Positions 21,318-31,251 of a stretch of 33,816 nucleotides of DNA are shown here, piece after piece; the first letter of the stretch is position 1, and each line of letters starts with the position of its first letter. The notes beneath the pieces are model-generated. The model was not told where the DNA came from, ran no database searches, and saw nothing but the letters and a program-made list of their open reading frames with translations. A program made the position numbers and the translations under genes. Source of the DNA: Octopus bimaculoides (Eukaryota); assembly GCF_001194135.2 (NCBI RefSeq), contig NC_068990.1, positions 603,447-637,262 on the forward strand, given 5' to 3'.

Positions 21318-21450
21318 TCACAATTTAGGTTAGTTGAAATATGTTTGTCACATATTTCAACTGCTAAAGGCTCTCCATGGTAACTGCAGTGTATTTGCCT
21401 TTAGCAATTGAAATATGTGACAAACATATTTCAATTAACCTAAATTGTGA
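21318..21450. mobile_element. Fold-back MITE, 54-bp inverted arms
   Basis: Arms 21318-21371 and 21397-21450 match at 52/54 positions around a 25-nt spacer; inserted beside (TACG)n. Confidence 0.85.
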
Positions 21451-21699
21451 TTATACGTAAGCACTGATTAGTGCCATTACTCCGATATATAAATATATTT
21501 ATATATTCCTGGTCATAGAGTGACCACTGGTTTTGTGTCCACAAAGGGCTTCGCCTCGGGAACGTCTCGTCGTACTCTAAAGCCGAACAAAGACTTAACT
21601 ACTTATAAATACACTACAGCATTATACTTTAGAGCAGTGCTTCCCAAAATTTTCGCGCCAAATTGCAATATCGTCCACCTATCGGCCAAAAAATGCTCC

Positions 21700-22058
21700 A
21701 TCACCCAACGTCCGTTTTCCATGATGGCATGGGTTGGACGGTTTGATTGAGGACTGGCGAGCCAGATGGCTGCACCAGGCTCCAATCTGATCTGGCAGAG
21801 TTTCTACAGCTGGATGCCCTTCCTAACGCCAACCACTCCGAGATTGTAGTGGGTGCTTTTACGTGCTACTGGTACGAGGGCCAGTCAAGCGGTACTGGTG
21901 ACGGCCACGTTCAAATGCTGTTTTTTTATGCGCCACCTGCACAGGAGCCAGTCCAGCAGCACTGGCAACGACCTCGCTCGAATGTTGCTTTACATGTGCC
22001 ACCGGCACAAGTGCCAGTAAGGCGACGCTGGTAACGATCACGCTCGAATGGTTCTTTT
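21700..22058 (-). mobile_element. SINE-like family D with three internal ~66-bp tandem units
   Basis: AACGTCCGTTTTCCATG..GGGTTGGACGG..CAGCTGGATGCCCTTCCTAACGCCAACC, then units starting near 21857, 21924 and 21989. Confidence 0.82.
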
Positions 22059-22074
22059 ATATATATATATTTAC

Positions 22075-23315
22075 ATATTCAAGATGTGAAAGGTATTGAG
22101 GGCAGATAATTATAAGTATATTAATCTCTTCAAACCAATTAAAAAGTTTTTCTTTTTTCCTTTCAGATTCCCTATGGCGGATAAAATGTTAACTCAAGAA
22201 ATGAAAAGGCGTACAGTCATTGCTGCCTTATGCGTGGGGAACACAGAGATTTATAAATGGCTAACTCTCTAAATGTTGCAAGATATTTTGCACTAAAAGT
22301 TTAGACGGAATTGGAAGTATCTGGCGGGAATGTTTCAAATATATCAAAAAGAAAAGAGCATTCTAAACATTTGGCCACTAGTGGGACCCTGCAATTCATC
22401 CAACGGGTTTAAAACATCACCGATGACGATTCCAGAAAATCAATGATGGCCATCGCCATAGAACTTCAGATATCGAAGTGAACTATTAGTACCAAGGTAC
22501 ACGAGGACATGTCATATAAGTCTTACCTACTGAGAGGTCAGTTCATGTGTGTAGAAACGCAGGAAAACCGTTTGATCCATGCCAAGCGATTACTTAAGGT
22601 TAAAACGCTTAAGAACATGTTATTCTTTGGTTCATTTTTGAAGTGAAAATCTTCGATCAAAACCAAAGGCCTAACAGAGAAACGACTAATTGTCATGAGC
22701 AGATCTTATGTAATGTCCCCAAATTAATGCACATTAAGTTTCCAGAAACTTAATGGTTTTAAGAGTGGTGAGTAATGAAGGTCCTGTTATGTTGCCTCAC
22801 ATATTGGCACGGAGTCTTAGTATTAATGCTGCTGGACACGTTGAGTTACTGGACACAGTTGTCAAGTCCTGGATGGACGAAGTAAGCAGTGGAAGGACAG
22901 ATATGTTTTAACAAGGCTCATCTCCTTCTCACAGAGCCCACGTAGCCCAAGAATGACTCTCAGATAATCTTTACAATCAGGTAGCACCAAAATTGTTGCC
23001 TCCGAACTCGCTAGATTTAAATCCGGTAGTTGAAAGCGAGACCGACCACAATCCTCACTAAACCATAGCTTCACTGAAGGCTGAAATTGTCCAGGTGTTG
23101 TCTGATATGAATTAGGACTATTTGGTGCAGGTATGTCAATCATTTGATTCCTGAATTGAAGCATTCATCAAAGCTGAAGGCTGATTAATAGAATTGTCTT
23201 GTAACAAAGATTATCGAGAACATATGCTCAAGTTTTTATTAAAATAGATTTTTTTTCTTTAGAGTTGTTTAATTAAACTAGCAAATATATCCTCAAATAC
23301 CACTTGCATTCTCTA
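22075..23315 (+). mobile_element. Tc1/mariner transposon, probably DD37D (maT-like), near full length and decayed
   Basis: ATG at 22174: MADKMLTQEMKRRTV..RKSMMAIAIELQIS..TI..KVHEDMSYKSY; MV..VVSNEG.VM.PH; LDTVVKSWMDEV; SPSHRA..QE*LSDN..PPNSLDLNP..SLKAEI. GGTATT(T)GAGG block in both end regions. Confidence 0.85.
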
Positions 23316-23473
23316 CGAGTGCGTGTGCGCGCGTGTATGTGTGTGTGTATGTATACATGTGTATATATATATATATATACATGCATATGTATATATGTAC
23401 ATATATGTGTGTTTACATATATGCATATATATGCATATATATGTGTATGCGTATGTATGTGGTGTGTGTGTAT

Positions 23474-23507
<34 letters not shown>

Positions 23508-24020
23508 NNNNNNNNNNATAGATAGATAGATAGATAGATACACAGTCACACATATCTCTATATGTGTGTGCCTATGTATTCATAAAAGATAAAAAGTGAA
23601 TACTAATCAATTTTGTCAATACCAACTGACAGAAACTCAAGAACTGACCAAGTACAACGCTTGTGGAATACATACTTACACGCAAAGGAGATGTGGGCTC
23701 GTGTTCCACGAGGAACTTACGACTGATTCTACCCAAAAGGGTTTTTCAACCCCAAATTTACATGCTATTATTTATGTTTCTATGTGTGTGCTTCGAGATA
23801 TTCCAAGAGTAGAATATGTTCACGTTTCTCTCAAAAGTTTATAAAACTTTTTAAATGTCAACAGCATGCAATTATCGCTGGTAAGAATAAATTCTTTAAA
23901 ATGGATTGCGTAACTTGAAGGATTGCTTTTGTATAATGGTAGGAGTCCTGTTATCATTTGTTAAGGTTACCTATACAGATATTCTATAGAAATTATAACC
24001 AGCAATGATTTTTGTAACGG

Positions 24021-24133
24021 TGTTTCGTATCCGAGTTGTCAGATGTAAACAAACAATGAGATCGAAGATCTCATCTTCATCTTCATCTTCGATCTCATTG
24101 TTTGTTTACCTCTGACGTCTAGGGTACGAAACA
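24021..24133. mobile_element. Small palindromic fold-back element
   Basis: Perfect 25-bp inverted repeat 24045-24069 / 24085-24109, extended by imperfect 24-bp arms TGTTTCGTA...TACGAAACA. Confidence 0.85.
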
Positions 24134-24189
24134 TCACAACAAAAATCAGTGCTATAGATTATCAGTAGAGATAACCTTAACAAGTGATG

Positions 24190-25145
24190 TAAAGCGCTCT
24201 GCTAACACAACAGGATATGATATTGACTTATAAAAACGTAATGGGAAAAAGTAGAATAAAATTTGGGTTTACATGAAAAAATTACGTCAGAGAACCTATT
24301 GAATAACATGGAGTTATGATAGCGAAGGATTGCGAGCCATTCCTTGAAACACAACTTAAAAATACTGTGGTTGGTATTGGAAGGAGAAGCCACACAAAAT
24401 ACAGACCAGGATAAAGTATAGGGAATATTCTGGGACTTGAGGTGGTGGGAATGTGGAGTTATTACCCAGCATTTATATACGACATTATCGCGTAAACAAA
24501 TACCATCCAACGGACATAGCTGGGAGAACCGGAAATTCGAGATTTTAATTGAAGATTTACTAAACACGGGGTAGTATTTATAGTGTGGTGGGAAATTATA
24601 GCTTAGGATTTTGAAAAATGGTTTGGATAAAGGTTTACCCTGGAGAGAGAATGATGACACAAACCATCATATATACCGTTTTCTTCCCGTGAAGGGACTA
24701 GAACGCAGGAAGTAATGGGCATTCTACCTCCGAGCCAAACCGGGAGAGTACAGGCCGTAGGGGAATTCAGTTGCTGGGACACGGGATGTGGATATTGGGG
24801 ACATATGAGATGGTTTTGCGATCTATATGTTTATTTAAGATATCCTCATTAGCTGATAGGTTAGAGATCGTGATAAAAAGTATTATTGATAATACTATTA
24901 AGGGCAGATCTAGGGTGATTTGACAGGATACTGATATATTTTAAAGACCCATTCGGTTTATGGTAAGGGTAATATAGGTTAGCATCTAGGTCGAGAGTGA
25001 CATGCAAGAAGTTAGTTACTTTGGTGCAATTTTCGAATGAGATAGAAAAAATATAGCTCTTAAAGTATCTATGGAGGGCCTTCTGGGTACGTTTAACAGA
25101 CGGTCACGACATACTTGTGGCAGTAAGGGCATCCATCCATTCATC
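24190..25145 (-). mobile_element. Penelope-like element fragment: RT C-terminus, linker and partly deleted GIY-YIG endonuclease
   Basis: DALTATSMS*PSVKRTQKALHRYFK..FENCTKVTNFLHVTLDL..YYPYHKPNGSLKYI..SNHP; ISNLSANEDI; WFVSSFSLQ..FFKILSYNFPPHYKYYPVFSKSSIKIS; CPLDGICLRDNVVYK; IPYTLSWS..KLCFKE.LAIL..MLFNRFSDVIFSC. Confidence 0.88.
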
Positions 25146-25380
25146 TATACATACATACATACATACATACATACATACATACATGCATGCAAGTATACAT
25201 ATATACATACATACATATATACATACATACATGCATGCATGCATTCATGTTTGTGTGTGTTGTTTATATATCCATTTTCAGAAGTTACCTGACGCATACC
25301 ATATATCATAGATTTATCTTTATGAATTTTGATATATTGCAAGATGTATTCACGTCCTTGAACAATGATAACATTGAATC

Positions 25381-25420
25381 TCTCTGTCTCTCTGTCTCTC
25401 TGTCTCTCTGTCTCTCTGTC

Positions 25421-25519
<99 letters not shown>

Positions 25520-25530
25520 ACTTACACACA
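25381..25530. repeat. (CTGTCTCT)n-(CT)n-(TA)n compound microsatellite
   Basis: Direct inspection. Confidence 0.95.
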
Positions 25531-25852
25531 CACGTATCACAGATCAAATCAAACCTAACATGAACGTTATTTAATTATTTTACAGTAATCTTTGTACATC
25601 TACATATTCTTTACATACACTTATGAATACATACGCATATTCATATGTTCTTACATATATACGTGCATACAAATTAGCATAAATATATATATATAAATGC
25701 ATGCATACATAAATACATACATACATACATAAATACATACATACATAAATACATACATATATACATGCATACATACATTCATACATACATGCATGCATGC
25801 ATGCATATATACATACATACATACATACATACATACATACATACATACATAC

Positions 25853-25940
25853 AAAATACGCTGGTGATGTTGAAATTGCAATGAAGGAGCCTCTTCTCTG
25901 TCGGAAGAAATCTTGAAATAAAACTGAATAGTGACATACG
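25853..25940 (+). mobile_element. Interspersed repeat family F with internal deletion
   Basis: GATGTTGAAATTGCAATGAAGGAGCC|TCTTCTCTGTCGGAAGAAATCTTGAAATAAAACTGAA lacks the TTGGA..GAAACCGG block. Confidence 0.8.
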
Positions 25941-25994
25941 TACGTACGTAACAAAAAAAAAAGGCTCGTCTGAAGTCTCAGCCGACGAGCACGT

Positions 25995-26915
25995 CTCGGC
26001 CACAACGTCTTTGTTGTACTCACGTTTAGCCGTCTGAACTGGAATTCAGTGAAGTAGATGATCGAATTCGCATGCTACAGGAAACTTCAGCATCCTTGAA
26101 ACTGTAGATATAAGAATGGTGGTCATAGTCTTAAATATGTATTTACTTTATATGAAATCGGTATTGTGACACTGAGGCAACATCTGCAGCAGAGAAAAGA
26201 GACTAGTATCTATCTTGCTAAGTTTTTTGACCACGAGATCAACACCATAATTAGGATAACTATAATGAACTTGCTGAAAGGCATGAAATAAGAGCTGATA
26301 GAACTCTTCGAGTGGTATTGGTAAATTCTATGTATCAAACGAGCAAAAAAAAAAAAAAAATGGACCAGTTCACCGAGAAGATAGTGCATGGGTTCTTGGC
26401 ATGAAAGACACAAATCTTAGAATGAATTGATCACATGAAAAGCTTGGTATAGAGTACCGACAAGTTTATGACATGCCATTTGATGGTTACCTCCATGCAC
26501 TTCAGGAACAAGAGATCCTCACGAAATACCTGCTGTATAAAAGGCAGAACACAGTGACGAACAGCAAATTTAGTTTGTGCAAAACCACGTTATTGCCAAA
26601 TGCAAGACAAAGTCTTCCATACATAATCTTTCCATGAGGCATGATGTAGTAGCCAGAACAGTCTGGAATAGGATAACAAAAGAGAAAACACTTACAGACG
26701 AAGCTAATGATAGTGAGGCTGATGGGTCAAAAGAATTTCGGTGTAACTTAAAAATTAAAGTAGCCACCGAGTTAAAACAGAACCGGACAGATATTGTTGT
26801 GGAAGTCAGTTGCTCTCGGGACGCCAATGTGCGTAAGAAAAATGCAGGAAAAAGATGACATCTTTGAATCTTAAATAAAGAGTTTGGAAATTCACTTCCC
26901 AAGGTACACCTTCAG
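25995..26915 (+). mobile_element. R4/Dong-type RLE LINE fragment, second lineage, heavily decayed
   Basis: KNGGHSLKYVFTLYE..IVTLRQHL..HEINTIIR; GYLHALQEQEILTKYL; HVIAKC..MRHDVVARTVW; LKIKVATELKQNRTDIVV..EVSC. Confidence 0.8.
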
Positions 26916-27539
26916 TTTCATACATAATAAACTCAGCTGTTCTGGTATATTTTTGAGGGTGGGGTACTAAGAACAAAGTCTATATTCTGTTGTAGAGTTA
27001 AGCAGCCCAACTGTCCAGTGGATATGAACATTTCTTTCAAAATCGATGAAGAAGTTAGTATACGTGGATGATTGCTTCGAATTTATAGCTTCTGTATCCA
27101 TATTATGCATTTTAATATGTAGCCACAACCATTGGCTCACTAAAGTATGTTATTTTTTACTCTAAGTTGTAACCATAAAAAGTTGGGTCCGTTAGGAAAA
27201 GAGGCTGGGTAGCACGCACAATGTAAATCTATTCGGGAAGTAGAACTCTGAAAATATGTAAAACTTTTCTAAAATTTTAAAAATATAACCTTTACTGTTG
27301 TTATTAATTAAATTCTAATGATAGAGCTTTACTTCCTTGTTAGAAAATCGTTCCTTCAGTGTAGGAGGCTTTCACAGAATTAAATAGGAGAGCAGATCGC
27401 TAATGATAGCAGAATAGATATCGTTTTGTTTTCCTTCTTCTACCGAAACAAAAATTTCAATTCATTGAAAATGTTTTGCGAATGTCATTCAGTACATCAA
27501 CACCTGTAAACGCAGTAGATCGAATAATTTAGAAGTTCG

Positions 27540-27675
27540 CTTTGCAACCAGCAGATTCCGATGCTCAATCCTTCAGCATGGTGCCTTGGGCAAGTTCTGT
27601 TCCTAATGTTTCGAATCTGCTCATAGCTTGTGATTGAAACTGGATAGACGGAAACAGTATAGAAACCCGTCGGAT
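27540..27675 (+). mobile_element. SINE family A, old copy
   Basis: TCAATCCTTCAGCATGGTGCCTTGGGCAAG..TGGATAGACGGAAAC..AGAAACCCGTCG. Confidence 0.7.
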
Positions 27676-27699
27676 GGATTGTACCATGTAATACAAAGG

Positions 27700-27855
27700 C
27701 ACAGCCTTGTCATACACGTTATTTCACACTGATTCTGCCTGAGAATTACGTAAAAAGTACTCATGCACGTGGAATACTCAACCACTTATATGTTAATTCA
27801 GGAGCAGGTCATTCAGTTAATCGAATAACTGAAATCTCGTCATCGAACGACAGAG
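27700..27855 (+). mobile_element. SINE family C, 3' part
   Basis: CTGAGAATTACG..GTGGAATACTCAACCACTT..TTAATTCAGGAGCAGG..; antisense homolog immediately downstream. Confidence 0.7.
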
Positions 27856-27913
27856 AACATTCAACCAACTACATTAGCGCCTCATCGAATTATATTGATA
27901 CACATTAACTGAT

Positions 27914-28219
27914 ACTCCGTCGGTAACAACGACGACGGCGAGTGTTCCAGTTCATCCGATCAACGGAACAGCCTGCTCGTGAAATTAATGTCTAAGTGGC
28001 TGAGCACTCTACAGACACACAGAAAGATTCAGCGTGACATCGAATGTGAAAAGGCTGGTCCTTTGAAATACAGGTACTGCTCAGGTTTAACAGTTGAGTG
28101 GACTGGAACAACGTGAAAATAAAGCGTCTTGCTCAAGAACACAATGCGCCTCCAGGAATCGAACTCATGGCTTTACGATCGCGAGCCCAATACCTTAACC
28201 GCTGACCACGCGTCTCCAC
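27914..28219 (-). mobile_element. SINE family C, near full length (tRNA head + CORE-like block)
   Basis: Reverse-complement head GTGGAGACGCGTGGTCAGCGGTTAAGGTATTGGGCTCGCGATCGTAAAGCCATGAGTTCGATTCC (A and B boxes), TGTGTTCTTGAGCAAGAC, ending CCGACGGAGT. Confidence 0.88.
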
Positions 28220-28843
28220 ACTATGGATGCGTTTTACAGCATCTTAATGATTATCTTTGTGAAAAATAGAAAGCAAAACTTTTTAAATATTTTGCTTTTG
28301 CAACTTTACTACTTCAGAAGAAAGGAGCCAGTCTTTGGGGTGTGGTTTTAATAATGCTAAGGTTGTACCGTTGTCCAGAGAGATCTTTGGTTATGAGACC
28401 CAGAATTTGAAGCGACTTTGAGAGTTCTTAGAGCTGGCTATGTTTTGTAAAGATGTGTGGTGGTGTTTACATGATACGAGTAATGCTTGATTTTTTTTGT
28501 TCTTGCTGTTAAGGGCTAAATTCATTTTGTTAGCGGTTTAGTGAAAACATGTAAGATTTTCCTAAACTTTAGCAAGTAGATTCTGTACTATTATATGTCT
28601 AATGATGAAGTTGGACGTTTCCTTGCTTTGCAAGTAGAGACCAACAACTAGTCAACAAAAATTTAAATAATGTAATAAATAGACAGATAAATGAATGAAA
28701 AAAGAGAAGGAAAAAAGGAAAAGTTAAACAACAAAAATAATACAAATTTGCATATCGAATAAATTCATGCCCAATACATGATAAACACACACATACGCTC
28801 AAGTGTTCCTGTTATATGTACGTGTTTCAATATGCATAAATAC

Positions 28844-28903
28844 AAGGTGGCGAGCTGGCAGAATCGTTTGCACGCCAGATAAAATGCTTAGCGGTATTTC
28901 GTC
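28844..28903 (+). mobile_element. SINE family B head only
   Basis: AAGGTGGCGAGCTGGCAGAATCGTTTGCACGCCAGATAAAATGCTTAGCGGTATTTCGTC. Confidence 0.85.
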
Positions 28904-29014
28904 CTGCGACGGGCTGTAACCAGATCGCTACAACTTGGCTGGTAGTATATCGCTTGGTTTTAGAACAAACTGGTCCGACTATAGAACTGATTAAATGACA
29001 ATATATAACTGGCA

Positions 29015-29158
29015 TAAGGCTGTGAGCTGGCAGAATCGGTAGTAAACCGGGAAAAATGCTTAGCGGCATTTCATCCGTCTTTCATGCTCTGAGTTCATAT
29101 TCCGCCAAGGTTGACTTAGACTTTTATCTTTTCGAGGTCGATCAAATGAACAACAGTT
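29015..29158 (+). mobile_element. SINE family B
   Basis: AAGGCTGTGAGCTGGCAGAATCG..TGCTTAGCGG..CTGAGTTCATATTCCGCC..TTTTCGAGGTCGAT. Confidence 0.85.
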
Positions 29159-29269
29159 AAGTCAGTTATATATTAGTTTGAAACTAATATATAACCGGCT
29201 CTTATTTTATCAATTTCAGGTGGATGGTAGAGAGAAGTCAACCTCAAAGGTAATATTTGAACACAGGAC

Positions 29270-29400
29270 ATGGCCGTGTGTTATCGGTTTCGATCGCGTT
29301 GCGCGATACACCTTAAGCAAGTGTCTTGGGTAACTCTGCAGTCAAATCAAATATTTTAAGCAACCTTTGATGGACGGAAATTGTTGTGCAACTCTGTAGT
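29270..29400 (+). mobile_element. SINE family A, degraded
   Basis: CATGGCCGTGTG..CACCTTAAGCAAGTGTCTT..TTTGATGGACGGAAA. Confidence 0.55.
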
Positions 29401-29606
29401 GGGTCTCTTACTATTTTTGGCTGGTAGTTTTAAGTCTTAGTTCGGGGTAAATCATTAAAGTTCATCCGTTGGTGAGACTTAGGTGTTTAGGAATTTAACT
29501 TCACTCCTTAGTCACTACAACTTTCAGGTCCGCTCTGGCCTGGGGTGTTATTACGCTTCAAGAGTCCCAATAATCGGTCAAATAGCAGTAGATAGATTTG
29601 GTTAAT

Positions 29607-29779
29607 AAATTGTTTCTAATTTAGGCATAAGGTCAGCAATTTTGAGTGGAGCCGGTTGATCGATATCATTGACAACCAATACGTGACAAGTACTTTATGT
29701 TATCGACTCCGAAAGGTTGAAAGGCAAAATTGACCTCGGCGGGATTTGAACTCAGAAAGCAAGGAGTCGGAAGAAATAC
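29607..29779 (-). mobile_element. SINE family B, 5'-truncated
   Basis: AGTACTTTATGTTATCGACTCCGAAAGGTTGAAAGGCAAAATTGACCTCGGCGGGATTTGAACTCAGAA. Confidence 0.85.
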
Positions 29780-30389
29780 GCGCGCACACACACACGCACA
29801 CATGAGTACACAAGTACCCGCCGCGCACACAAGAAAAGAACGGAAAGAAGAATAAGTTCAAGGACCGGCATAACGCCTACTCTAGCACTCCGTCGCTGTT
29901 CGTTCGTGTCACCAGCTATAAACCACAGGTGACACCATAAACACCACTAAAAAGATGGCAAACGAGATAGGTAATGTACAGAAATATGAGACTGGTGTAT
30001 CACTGATAACAATTTAAAAAGCTATTGTATATTGCAGACAAGTTAGTGTTAATGAATTCATAACAGGGAATATTAAAAAGCTAACTAGAAATAATTCTGT
30101 GGTGAGACATCAGAATTAATCAACGACTAATATTTCATTCATTTCGGCAATTATGGGAAGCAACTCTGGTTAAATACTGTAGTATTAAACCTCTTCAGTG
30201 AAGCATAGAGTTCCCTATATATATATCAACGAAAATATCCAGTGAAATCCGTGAAGGTAAAGTGATCCGGGTAGAATGCTGGTATGTGGATGATGAGAGG
30301 CGCTGAAAGTTCGGGAAGTGGTTCAGATATGCAAGTCAAAGGAGTAGGAAGTTCAGTGAGAATCAAACTGGGATATTCGCCAGACTAGA

Positions 30390-30570
30390 CCGCTGAAATC
30401 TACAAGTCTTTTTTCATTCTCTCTCTGTTTTTTTTTTCTCATATTCCTTTCTGTTGAAGAGCGTAGGCTCGAAACACAAAAGACTTTTTCATTTTCCCGA
30501 GCGTCAAACTAATACACTTGCTTGTTGTTCATACTCCTGTCTTCGTCTTTTGTTTTTCTATAAATTTCCC
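30390..30570 (+). mobile_element. Penelope-pLTR-like short repeat with variant hammerhead-like motif
   Basis: CTTT-CTGTTGA-A-GAGC-gtag-GCTC-GAAAC-ACA-AAAG at 30447-30482, followed by a T-rich tail. Confidence 0.4.
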
Positions 30571-30624
30571 TATATATATATTTCAAAGTATGATGGAATT
30601 ATTAAAACAATTGAATGAGTCCAG

Positions 30625-31075
30625 TATACTAGCACAAAAGGAGTGCATTAGGATGTTAGTCGAGAGTGTGGGTTCAAAACAACAGAAAAGTGGTATGAAC
30701 ACGAACCAGAGACTGGGATAGAAAACGAAAATTACAAGACCAGACAAAATAAACAAACAGTGCAAGATCATAGTTTTTGCAATTCGTTATGATACAAAAG
30801 AAATGGAAAACATTGAGAAATAACAGGATCTAACCAGAGAGCTGAGAAGAGTGTGGAAGACCAAGGCAGCAATTATTCCTGTAGTAATAAGTGAACTTGG
30901 CACAACACCTAAAATTATACCTAAAAGCCTGAATAAAATTGGAATTGAAACTCGCATAGTTGACCTGAAGAAAAGTACCATCGTATATTCTGCAAAAATC
31001 CTAAGAAAAATTCTTGAGATTTGAAGAGAGCTGTTCACACCAAGCCTCAAGATAAAATACCTGCTGACTAAATTA
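30625..31075 (+). mobile_element. R4/Dong-clade LINE 3' end (RLE), third copy, with 3' UTR
   Basis: LAQKE..CGFKTTEKWYEHEPE..ENENYK [deletion] ..KQCKII..KEMENIEK*QDLTRELRRVWKTKAAIIPVVISELGTTPK..IGIETRIVDLKKSTIVYSAKILRKILEI*. Confidence 0.9.
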
Positions 31076-31251
31076 ACATACACTAGCATAATAATAGAAA
31101 TGGTTTCTGACTTAGGTAAAGGCCAACAATTTTTGAGGGGATTAGGCAAACCCATCGACACCAATAAAAGACTAAAACTTGATTACAAGGATATGAGGCA
31201 AAAGCAATCTTGGTGGAATTTGTGCTCTAAGCATAGAAAGTAGGAACAACC

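Noticed and set aside
21637-21700. hAT-like terminus CAGTGCTTCCCAAA
   Set aside because: Only one end is visible, with no matching TIR or 8-bp TSD.
21857-22058. CRISPR-like array
   Set aside because: Diverged contiguous tandem units without unique spacers, inside a eukaryotic SINE; no cas genes.
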